Of a stretch of DNA of 64,000 bases, positions 38,301 through 50,135 are shown in pieces (within the stretch, counting starts at the first letter, position 1; each line of letters begins with the position of its first letter). The notes under the pieces are model-generated. The model was not told the origin of the DNA. It ran no database searches and saw nothing but the letters and a program-made list of their open reading frames with translations. Origin of the DNA: Acanthaster planci (lineage: Eukaryota); the NCBI RefSeq assembly GCF_001949145.1, contig NW_019091362.1, positions 1-64,000 on the forward strand, in the 5' to 3' direction. Made by a program: the position numbers and the translations under genes.

Positions 38301-41300
38301 GGAGGCATGTGCCGGAGAAATGTATCGAGTAGAGTTTGGGCCCTTGAGGTTTATTACGCATGTCGAAAGTCGTGCCGGCCTTGAAAAACTGTGGGCTATG
38401 TTCTCCACCGGGGAGCTCGCGCAGAAGCTAACTAAGGTCCTAATAACAGATGAACTTACAACAGAGGAGAAAAGTAGTATCGTCATTCAGGTAGAAATAC
38501 TTCGAGAACATTACGAGGAGGGATGCCAATTCTTTGAAGAATTACCAGAAGGTACAAACATATATTTTGCATTACGCGTGTGTTGCAACATTTTAGGACA
38601 AGTGACATTGGTTATTAGTATCAATTGAAAACAGAACCTTTGATTCAGAAGGAGATGAGTCAAATGGCATTGGAAATTTCGTCCCAGTATGTTAGACTTT
38701 CCAATTTAATTTGCGTTTCGAGTTCTGTTTTTCAAGCTCTAATTTGTTTCCATTTTAGAGACTACTTCGGCGGATCAACCGGTGCATATGTCTGAGTGGT
38801 CCAAATACGACGTGAAACACTGGCTAAAAACTATTGGTGTATCAGATGTGGTCATTGATAAAGTATTCGACGAGGCAATTGACGGGAGGGTGTTAATCTT
38901 GTATACATCAAATGATCTGCAAGAAGATTTCAACATGAACAAGCGAGACTTACGTCTCATTTTGTACAAACGGGAAGCCTTAAAACGCCAACCCAAGTTG
39001 AGTCCAAACCCAAAAGAGAAAGAAGTTGTTGAGTACAAAGCAGAACGTGCACTGGTTCAAGTACATCCGATTCAGACATCCCCAAGCCCATCTGACACAA
39101 AAACAAATCAAACTGTAACCGATATGCCAGAACTGTCAGTTCGGCCTAAAATACCAAAATCCAAAGCGATATCTTTACTAAAGAGGGGGCATCTGGAGAC
39201 AAAACACACTCAACCAGTTCAACGTCTTCATCAGAATATCGCTAAGGTACCCAACGTTCAAGATGACCCCTTAAACCCTGCAAAAGGATTTGAACTTTCT
39301 TTAGATTTACCTTCTGAATATAAAGGAGCCCATGTTTCACCACAAAGACTATTGACAGCCAAAAGTGGGCAAGATCCTCTTGAGGTGACTCAAAAGATGA
39401 TGGAATTAATTTCACTAGCTCCTCAACCATCTACAGACAACCAACAACAAGATGTTGCATTCATGATACTTGGCAAATCTCGAGCCCAAGAACAGGGGTC
39501 AAATCCTTCCTTACAGGTCAATTACCCAGAACAATATCGCGACGAAAATGGAAAATTGACGCCAGGGGATCATGAAGCAAGCTCAATTTCGCCTACTACA
39601 CTGGATGCATCACCGAGAACAAATGTGGAATTTGACGATGCACAAATTCATGATGACAAAAACTCTGACAAGGTAAAAGAGCAAGCTCGTGATCAGGGAA
39701 CACCATCACAAGCGTGTCGAAACGCAGCATCGTCCAGCAAATTTGCTTTGCCTGTAACAAAGTTCAGTCAAAGTGACGAAGCTAAGGTTCGCTTACTTCT
39801 TACAGGAGATGAACGTGGAGAGCTTTCCCAATCGTTATACTCCGTTCTCGTAGCAAATAAGCTGGACGCCCCAAGTGAACCTACTGAATCTAGAATTGAC
39901 ATCATTGCCCAACAGTTTGAATTCATCAAGTCCATCAAATGGACAAGCGTCTTGGACTTTGATTCACAGTCTCTGTCGGATGGACTGTGTAAGCTCTACC
40001 ATGAGAATAGAATGGTCACTCTTCAACAACCGGACTTGTTCAAAAACATCGAGTCAGAAGAAGATCTGCGAACCAGTATCGGATTTCCTGAAAAGACACT
40101 TTGGCTTTTCGCTAACGGTCGAGAGGACAACCCAACCATCGAGAGCCCTCCCATGGATCTGCAAGAATGGAACAAAGAACGTAGCCGAGATGTAGAAGCA
40201 TCAATCTCTTTCTTCTCTCAGCCTTCGGTTATACCAAAAGGACGTGCTGCTATTGTGTTCTTGCTCCTGTCCGATCAGGACCTGGGAATCGTCTGTGACA
40301 TTTTCAGAAAAATGTCTTCATCTTTTCAAGGCATACAAAATATCACATGTATCGCTGAAGATGAGAGTGTTTATGCACAGTTTGTAAAAGGTGTGGAAAA
40401 GTGGTTTAGCAAGGCTGAAATCGATGAGAGGAGTGTGGTTGGACTGAAATGGCAAGATATCAACCGCATTGTCATGCGAATGAACGGTGTGAACAAAATC
40501 GAAGCCTACGAACTCCCTACACACATTCCAGAAAAGTGTTTCCTTTCTGAGAAACAAAAGGACGAATGGAATGATATAACCGTTGTTTGCAAAAATGAGT
40601 GCGAAAACACCGATATGAACGAATCTAACCCGGGTTATCGACGGTTTGCAGAAAAGAAAGAATTGAACTTTTATCGCGGTGCCAAAGTTGACTGGTGGAA
40701 TTTTGCCATCGGAGAAAAAGAAATGAATCTTCATAGACGTTGCGGCCACGTGCTGAAGCGAAAAGGATTCGGAGACGTACTAAGGAAAGTCCGTAAACCC
40801 CTGGACAGTTCAAATACTGAGGACAGTTTAATTGTCACTGTGACACTCCTTCATCAGCCAGGTGCCGGGGGTAGCACGTTAGCACGCCATATTTTGTGGG
40901 AGCTCCGCCAAGAATTCCGTTGTATTGTCGTCAACACGGTCACTGGCAATACTGCAAGTCAGATAATGGAGGTGAGACGGCATGGATATGAAAAAGGTTG
41001 CAATCAGAAAATCCCTGCTGTATGTGTACTCGTGGATGACCTCGATGATGTTGAGCTTCTAGACTTGATTGATGAGGTGAAGGAAGTTTCTAGAGATATC
41101 CAGCTCGATGGTGGGGCAGTTTGTGTCGTCCTGCGCTGTAAGCGTTGTGCGGAGCCAGAAACGTTAACAGACGGTGAAAGGAGAGAGTTGTACATTGCTT
41201 TGACTCAAAAGCTTGACGCCCGAGAAAAGGAATGGCTGGAGCGAAAGTACCGTGAATTACAATTAAAGGAGAAAGAATTACAATCTACCGAGTACAAACC

Positions 41301-44035
41301 TGAACATCTCCTCGCATTTATGGTGATGCTGAAAGAATTCGACAAGGACTATATAACTCATGTTGTGTCGGAGATTCTTGGTGGAATCTCTGAGAACGAA
41401 TTCAAGTTGATAAAGCTATGTGCGTTTCTGAATTCCTACAGACCAGAGGCCGCCATTCCTATTTCCTGTTGCGACTCAATGATGGACAGAAAGATACTAG
41501 TCAGTGGCAGAACGCGTGTACACTCGAGACCCTGGGAAGGTTCAGTGTCCTCCTCGTTCAAGATCATGGTGGTCGTGGAAAACAACGAACTTAGGATCTT
41601 CCATGAGAGAATAGCAAAAGAAACTTTGGAGCAGATCCAGATGGTTACAAATCAGTCCCTTACAGAGGTTGCACTGGAGTTTTTGAATTGTGAACTGTTT
41701 AGTTCGTGGTCATATTCCAAAGAAACCCTCGTTAAAGCAACGCATGACCTACTTGTCAGGAGAAAAAGGATCCGATTCGGTGATGACACCGAGACAGACT
41801 TTGCGGTTATCATTCAAGATATTTACGAGAATCATGGACCTGAAAAAGCAATCGAGATCCTCCAAGTAGGCTTTGAGAAGCTGGAAGATGCATTCATCGC
41901 TCAGCAGCTTGCGCGACTTTGTCTTAAGGAGCACAACATTGGGATGGCACATATCTATGCTGACAAAGCAGTGACGCTTGAACCCCAAAACTGCTACTTC
42001 GTTGATACTAAGGGCAGAATTTACAAAACAGAGATGTGGGATATCGTGTCAAAGCGTATGGAAGAACAGCAAGTTATCGATGATAAAGAATGCGATAAGT
42101 TACTTTCCCTTGCATACCATGCAATGGACGCCTTCCACAAAACATACGACGTTTCTAAAAAAGGAAGGGAGATCGAGTACACGGGTTTGTATGCCGAAGT
42201 AGATGTTGCCTTCAGATTACTGCAGGTCATTTACACTTGTGTAGAGCCCTTCAGAACAAAAGGTGGACAAAAATATTTGCAGGAATACCTTCTGCAATTG
42301 ATCAACCCTTCAGATCCAAGCTATCCAAAACTGAGTGAAGACTGTCATGGCCGCATCATGACTTTGAAAAACCGAATAGACTCTGTGCTAAACTTACTTG
42401 ATGACACCTCAACATTCTGCAAGGGAGATCCCACAAATGAGCAACAGAAACTTGATGAGATGAAAGATCGCTTGAAGGAGTACTTCAGAATATACGAAAG
42501 ATACTATGGAGAACCAAAGCCGATACAACAAAATCGGTATCGAAATCCTAGAAGTCTTGCCGAATCTCGACGTCGGCAAGTCAAGCAAGCCAGTTGTGGT
42601 ACCTTTCGTGAAATATTTGACCTTGCTCGAAATAAGGGATTGCAGAAGCTCAAAGAATCTTACAAACTGCTGTTAGAGAACTCAGATCAGTACAACTTTT
42701 TCGACTTGAAGCATCTTGTTTGCATACACTTGGCGCTCTCCTCAGCTGGGGAGCAATTATTGCCAGCTGATGAGGTGTATCAGCAGTTTGTTCGGCCGTT
42801 GAATGCCAAAGATCACCGCAAAACAGACTGCTGGCCACCTTTCTTCATGATGATGTTTCTGTGGCCAATAGAGGATGTTACCTCTGAAAGACGAGATAGC
42901 TGTGATTTGACCTTTTACATTGATGAACTAAGAGAGAGATTTTCAGGTGCTGAGAATTTCAGGAAAGGTTTGACTAGCGAAAAGCGACCCCCGCGATTTC
43001 AGACAAGAGCACGAACACACTTTTTCTTGGGACAAGGCACAGATCTTCAAGTATTTGCCCATATCAATGAGCTCCACACTACTCCAGGTAAAATCGACGG
43101 AGCAGACAGCGAAGATGATTTTTGGTCGTCTGATCTTGTAAGAAGTCGATTAGCTCGCTTGGAAGGAACTTTACTGAATCCTACATCCCTGGTGCACCTC
43201 TCTAAGAAGGGAAAAATCAACATCAAACTGGCAGCGCCGTTTAAACGTCAAGTGCCAAGCCAAGAGATCGTCACGTTCTACCTCGGATTCACCTGGGATG
43301 GCCCAGTTGCGTATGATATTAAGGTAAAGGGGAAAGAATCTCGTGACGGTACAGCACCACGCTTTCACCAAGCTTACCCAAGTTTGAACGTACCTTCTGA
43401 AAAATCCAAGACTTCACTTTCCCGTAAGTTATCCAAGATTGATAAGCTTCGGGAGGAATGCCAAAAGCTGCGAGGCAAACTGGAGGGCGTAAAAGCTTCT
43501 TCTAAACACCATGTGAAAGTCAAAACCAAAGAGGTACCGGTAAATATTTTTCTATTATTAATCAGTCTATTTATAACTGGGATTTACTGTATGTCCAGTT
43601 CCGCACCATTTCCACCTCTCGACCATCGAACGTTGCTTGACTTGAATGTAGTGCACCTTCGGGTACCAAAGTGATAATCAATTAGCCTTATCTGTGGGAC
43701 TTCACGAACGGAAATCAGTGAATTCCTTCACTTTTTATATTTGGTAAAGACCTTATGAAACATTTCATTTCTTAATTTATTAATATAACACTGTCAAAAG
43801 AGATAGGCACGATACTTGTGTGTAAAAGCATTCGATAGATACACTGATCTTGTATACATTATACTCCATTACACAATGCCAAGCAAGAACATGATTTACT
43901 TACATCGTTTGGCAGGGATGTGTTTGGAAACCCACGAAAGACGCGATTCAGTTGTACAAGCGCCAGTTGGAGGAAAAAAACGATGAACTTCGTCGTGCTT
44001 TAATGGAAGACACGTCATCAACGGAGGACTTTTAA
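35317..44035 (+). CDS. SAMD9-like: SAMD9-like STAND NTPase gene B (~2000 aa). Exons: 35317-35561, 35834-36008, 37186-37276, ~37484-37699, 38165-38551, 38759-~43539, 43916-44035.
   Basis: Uninterrupted 1630-aa ORF with SAM (EWSKYDVKHWLKTIGV), IKWTSVLDFD, FYRGAKVDWWNF, HQPGAGGSTLARHILWEL, VLVDD, AFIAQQLAR and FYLGFTWDGPVAYDI. The exons join in frame (6015 nt, GT-AG). The exon 4 acceptor and the large-exon donor each have in-frame alternatives. Confidence 0.92.
35834..37276 (+). CDS. Gene B exons 2-3 (35834-36008, 37186-37276) encoding a ubiquitin-like domain ending LMGG
   Basis: IQIIIDTPLVSTVCLQLPSSTSILAVKELLQDRLGISPEKQHLCTKRGFE|LCDALSLADHSIQQNANIELRLVSGLMGG-T. Confidence 0.85.
38165..38551 (+). 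CDS. Gene B exon encoding a TRADD-N-like domain
   Basis: GEMYRVEFGPLRFITHVESRAGLEKLWAMFSTGELAQKLTKVLITDEL; phase 1-1 exon. Confidence 0.65.
43916..44035 (+). CDS. Probable terminal exon of gene B (GCVWKPTKDAIQLYKRQLEEKNDELRRALMEDTSSTEDF*)
   Basis: tttggcag acceptor; phase 0 matches the upstream donor; 40 open codons with coiled-coil-like composition. Confidence 0.6.
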   Translation, partial: GCVWKPTKDAIQLYKRQLEEKNDELRRALMEDTSSTEDF

Positions 44036-47000
44036 ACTCATCAATGGACAGCTACCTTCAACCACTAGTTGGTTCCGTCTTAATTGCACTTATTGCAAAT
44101 TCACCAGCCGTCGTGAATTACAAGCTGAAGGTAAAATACATGTAATACAGATCTAAGGCGGAGGTCATGGTGCGGCTCTAACTACTTCATGCGCGAGCGC
44201 AAAAAAATTTTTAAAAATCATTCCATCTAAAGTTTTTTTTTACAAGTTGAACATTTTTATTTAGCTTAAAAATATGTTCTGATCATAGACCTTTCTAAAG
44301 AATCGGTAGTGTCTGTATTATACCCAAATGTCATTAACAACAGAAATGTATTTGTCTTCCTGTCAGAAAGGGTGCGCTAACCTTACATACCTAGTGTGGA
44401 CTTGTGAATAAAAGATGTCCACACGATGCAGGAAAGGAAGACGTGTTGTGGACTTACACACGTCCACAGGACGTTTCCCCTTCTCTGAAAAAGAAGGTTA
44501 GAGGCATTTTGGGGTGGGGGTCATCCGTCGTAAAAGGAAGAGGAATAGTCAAGGAAAACTTGTACAAAAAGCCAGCTGAAAATCGTGTTCCTAGTTCAAG
44601 AAAAATGAGTATTTTCACTGAGTTTTCTTAACTGCAAGAAAAGAAAGGAATGTCCACACTAGGTATGTAAGGTTACCTGGGTGTGTGTGTGTGTCAAATG
44701 TGATACTACTTTCAGTCCTTTATTGCTAGTTGAGAAAGACTCGGAAATATAACCTGGCTATATTTCAAAAGAAATTACTGAAAAGATTACTCGAAATGAA
44801 TGCAGCTTTTTTCTTGTAAAAAAAGTAAAACTAAGAGTGTATACACGTAGTTCTGTCCTCAAAACTGCTAATTATTGAACAATTTTTCGACCGCTTACTT
44901 AAATATACAGGTACATGTAATAGGCCTACTTCATCAGTCACTAGTTTATTACTAGAATTACAATGTGACACACCAAAGTTGACAATAATAACATAGTCTT
45001 ATTGGCTAATAACTAGTTTTTAATTATTTTTAAGTTTTGTAAACACCCACTACTATTGCAGTCACTACTTAAGTACTTTTGAAGGAATGGATTATGCTTC
45101 CAGTCGGTTGACTAGTCCTGGTCTGTTCCATTTACATGCATGGAACATTTTTGTGCATGCGTGTGCAGCACTTGATACCTGTAAAATCATATGAGTATCT
45201 GTTGCGTATGGAAGTTGTACAATTTATTATAAAATGTTCTGTATTTTTACTGCTGTCATTTTCATTTTTGCCATTGATCATGTTTCAAACATTTATCTAC
45301 TCCTGACAAAACTGTTTTCATGTGAAACCATTAATGAAACCTTTCATAACTGAAAAAGCAACCCGAAAGCCTTTGTAAAAAGAATATAACCACGGCTGGG
45401 CTGTGAACCACAATCGGGCTAAACACAAAAATATGGTGTATTGAACTGAGGAACCATTTGGTCAGTGTGGAGCTTCCTGTTAATTTAAAGACGCTATAAA
45501 CTACTCAACAAATATGTCTAAAGGGGAATTTTTAAACATCATATCGTTAGCTCTAAAAAATTTTTGTCCATGTGTGTTTATCACAGGTATTTGTGTTCTG
45601 TTTATTTTACTTTTATCGTCTTTCTCTTAAAATTATTTTTTAAACCACACTTTCAGACCCTGAAGAAACTTGTTTCCATTTGTGATATATATCTGGAGTG
45701 ATAGATGTTTATGCTTGCCATCTCACAAAACAAATTACCAAATAACTATCCATATGCTCTGATATCCCCCTAAATGTCTCACAAGTTCATCCCTACTTGA
45801 GGTTAAAACCTCTTACCCTCTCTCAGTGTCATTACCAGGTCTTATTTTTGGCGGGAACATGCAAAATTGTTTTTTACAAAACACGCTGGGGGTGACCCGA
45901 CTTGAATAAGGGCTTTTATTGTGGCTGTGGAGGATATTCGTTTTTCAAAGGGCCGGGAGTTCGACATTTCAACGGGGGAAGCTTTCACGAGAGGCTTGAA
46001 GACTAGTCTCCTCTCAAGAACGATTTTCACACACACATGTACAGAGTCACACTCTTTTGCGGGTCTGTTATTCCCGGTCCAGGTAGGTAGGCTAGCTGTT
46101 GAACGTAAACTTCCGTATCCTAATGGCAGCTGTTGGTCCTACAATATTTTACTTTATGCATTGAAATCGAAGGTCGCCTTGGCCATAATTCCAGGTGAAA
46201 TGCAGAATATAACTGTCTTTGACCAATGCAGGCTCTGTGCATGAAACATGCTCTCGGTGGGGATACACTTGCAGTATTGCCCATTGGATAAGTGAAAAGC
46301 CTCATTTTTGAGATGTTGCCACTAATGAAATTGAAAACATCCGGGCTCTCAACGTCTGACCCCGGACCATTTATATCCATGGGTGCTTCCTGGCGTAATT
46401 TTTTTTTTATCAAGAGTTGTCAGGGAATCTTTGGGTAGGGAACCAGACTAGGCTTTTTATGGAGTGACAGAGGTTTATGCTTCAACTTTACAAAACATAT
46501 TCCAAATAATCTATGTATTCTTATATCCCCTCGATCTTGAAGACTAAAACCTCTTACTCTCTCCAACAGTGCCGTTACTAAGGACTAATTCTTGGGAGGA
46601 GCACACATCATACACTTATTTTAGGAGGCAAAACTCTAGAAAAGTAGTCAATTACAATTTCAAATGGGAGGCTTCAAGGGTGGCATAGTTGACCACAGTT
46701 AAGGTGTAGCTGCAATGAATTTTTATTAGACACAATTTTTCTGCTTCTTTGTACTCTTCTTAGTTGTATGAAACTCTTTTACACTCCTATTTGGTTAAAT
46801 GCATTGAAAATGGCACGTTTTTAACCCTGGGGGCATCGACGCCCCAAAACGAAGACTGTTGTCACCACATGGAGACTCTCGTCATCGGTCAGTTCCCGGT
46901 CATTCCTGAACCGGTACGACTGTTTTATGGTAGCTAATACCATCATTCAAGTCCCTGCATTTCTTTATGCTGCTGTGGAAGTACAAGTAATAAAGTCACA

Positions 47001-48599
47001 AGCGTATTGATAACAACAAAATATAAACGTAATATTAATATACATAAACATAATATAAACACAAAACATAATAACAAAAGTAATAAGTCACAAACATAAC
47101 AGCCGTGACTAGTCAGCACATGCTTGTAAACAAATGAGCAGCCACGCCCCCAAATCACATCAATTTTCTATGAGGTGATTTTTGTCTCCAGGTCAGTTTC
47201 CGGTCATGCCTGAACCTGTACAACCTGTACGACTGTTTTATGGTAGCTAATACGTCCCTGAGGTCCACTCTAACTACATCCCATTATTCTGCTGTGGAAG
47301 TACAAGTAAAACCAGGTCACAACCCAAACAGCCGTGACCAGTAAGCACAAGTCTGTAAACAAAGAGATCCAGTTCCTGATAAAGACCATATCGCCTCCTT
47401 GGGGTGACTGATCTTTCAAGAATTTTAACTCGGCAGTGTATGGGGTCTGGCCAATGGGTGATTAAGGCTTGTTGGGTATGTCTGGGGTGAGGATTACAAA
47501 AAAAATCTCCGCCAAATTGGCCTATTGACGAAAATGTTATGACCATATTCGGTGATATTTGTCGATCTCCATCACCGCGCCGTTGAGCCCAGGGTACAAT
47601 TAAAATTATCCATGCAACTGAGGGCGCTATTGCTGTGAATGGTTCAGTGCACAGGTGTTTCTGTTCAAATTGGGAACCCAGAATTTACCCACTGAAATCA
47701 TTTCTGAGAGATATTAATGTTTTCCTATTGCTATGCACATGAACACCAATGAATCAGCTAAGAAGAGAAAACTGAGTCCAGAAAAATATACAAAAGTGCA
47801 GGACCTTTTTTGTGTATAGACCAATGTAACATTGAGGATTCTTCCTTTCCTGATATGACATCATAGTTTTGCTCATGAATGTGGGAATCTCATTAGCATA
47901 AAACCAAAAAGGCGTTAAAATACCCTTTGAAATAATGAAACAAAAGTTGAAATAATGAAACAGAAGTTGAGAATAAGGTTACCTAACTGAGGCACAAAGG
48001 TGCATTTTGGGGGGTTGTGATCACAAAAAAATCTATTGTAGCGACCCTTTCATTCACTTCTCTCCATATGCCTTGGAATTCATACATCAGAGTTCACAAT
48101 ACACTTGTAGAATAGAGGAGCTCGTCAAATGCTAGGCTACCAGTACCATCATGGCTACAGTCTCAAAACACATTTAAAGAANTATTTAAGATAGGCGGAT
48201 TCCTCCAAGTGATTGCAAGCAACCATCAAAAGTAGGGTTCAGGGGATTTAGTGAACCATGGTTTTTATCGATAGTTTGTCAAACTTAACACGTTTGGAAA
48301 GACGTTTATGTAATAATGGCCAATATGGGCACCTCGAAACCGTAATGAAAATCGTGGGCAATCAGCGGTGGGTTGAGGGTGGTTGAGGGGTGTGCGTTTT
48401 CGCGCACATCGCAATCACAATACGCGTTTACCGTATCTGCATACATCCAAACACATAAGTCTTGGTTACCAGACCTTCCAGTAGTTATTCCTCGAAAAGA
48501 ATCATCACACGTACACTGTTAGAGGGCGCTATCACCACAGGAATGGTTATCACAGGAATGTCTTCGATGTTTATTTTCATATCTTATGTTATCATAGTT

Positions 48600-49370
48600 C
48601 AGACACTGGTTGTTCTGCGACAGTCTGTACAAATCTGGCCGCTCGTCGTTGGACTGCTTCCAGCCAATTTTTATGGTTAAAGGAGATATAGATCCAATAT
48701 GCTGGCGCAGTATTCCAGTTTGGGTCTAACCAAGGTCTGCTGAATGAGCGCAGCTATACAGGTCTCTGCGAAGGAATCCAAGAACCTTGTTCGCCTTTGA
48801 AGTTGTGTTGTTTTAATCAGCCCAGTTCTCCCCCCCTCCCCCGATTAGTATGACTTTTGAACATTTTAAGGGGTTTCTTGTTCATACAATAAATTAATTG
48901 AAGTGGCTGTAATTGTGAGAAATGCCATGGTGTAGTACTTGGCAGTATTAAACTTCACTTGCCAGCGGGACTCCCATTTGCAGAGGATAACAATATCTTT
49001 CTGCAGTCCTTGTTAATCCTTATCGAAGAATATCTAACGGTATAATATGTCATCTGCCAGGATCCTCACTTCTTGTGAAATTCCTTCTGGTAGGTTATTT
49101 AGATATAAGATGAAAAACGGCGGCCAGTACAGTATCTTGGAGAACCCCAGAAGTAACACTTATGGATGACGATGACACTCCTTCCAAAACAACTTGCTGA
49201 GAACGCTTCGCCGACCCCCTTGTGTAGTGATCCAGTGATCCCCGCTTGCTTTAGCTTCAGCCAGAGTCTTTGGTGAGGAACAAGATCAAAAGCCTTGTTA
49301 AAATCCATAATCATTACGTCAGCTTGGACTTGGTTATAAAGAATTTTGTAAAGATCACGCACGGAAAGGG
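48600..49370 (-). mobile_element. Decayed LINE (CR1/L2-like) reverse transcriptase fragment, copy 1
   Basis: VQADVMIMDFNKAFDLVPHQRLWLKLKQAGITG; LVRPKLEYCASILD. Confidence 0.85.
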
Positions 49371-49853
49371 CTAAATGCCGTCTTTAGGTGGTTGTAAAAT
49401 GCCTTCAAGATACGCCAACAGATTGTTTTGAAAGGAACTTTCTGTTTTCAGATATTAGTTGATAATTTACCTTATAAATTTCCAGGTTTGGGAAAATTCG
49501 CGGTGCTAAAGAGTAGGGACATTATAGGCCTACATCGTGACCGTACCGTGGTGATGAGACATCGCAAATATTGAAAATGGCTCGATTTCTTTGGTTATAG
49601 GCGCTCATGGCAACCTCTTGGCTGCTGCCCCGGGCCATAGAAGGATATTTTGTGAGTGCTTAGCTATGAGCATCCGAGAAAACATGTTCACCATGACGTT
49701 GGCCCTTGTTTTAATAAGAAAACGTAGTTCGTGAACACGAAGCATTTGAAAGTAATTTGCGTAACTTCTGTCGATCACAACTCACGTGATATGAATAAAG
49801 CATATCCAACCTTTATTTCCATATCTGTTGCCGCCCAAGACCTTACAAAATAT

Positions 49854-50135
49854 TGTAGCGCCGGCGGGTCCGGCCGGTGGGGGCGCCAGCTCGGACCCGC
49901 ATGGAGTTGGCTGGCTGCCCGCGCTGGTTGCGAACGGCTTGCGGTTTTCCCGCCTCGCGCCAGCGCAGTCCCTGCCGTCAGGCGCATGATGTTGTGAAAA
50001 AGATTGTCGGAAGAGGACATTGTGGTGCTGTCAGATTGCGACAGAATAAAGCAGAGATTTTTGTGACCAGAACAGTGAGTTGCACCAGCGTGTCGTTCTT
50101 ACAGCGTCGAACCCTGTGCAGCGGGACACGCTACA
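49854..50135. mobile_element. Solo LTR (282 bp, TGTAGCG...CGCTACA) with ATAT TSD
   Basis: TG...CA ends with a 7-bp inverted terminus, internal AATAAA, atat on both sides; the empty site caaaatatccaagg is present in copy 2 (~53073-53087). Confidence 0.9.

Noticed and set aside
45842..46413. Short ORFs in a moderately GC-rich patch downstream of gene B
   Set aside because: No recognisable motifs or splice pattern; flanked by a small local duplication.
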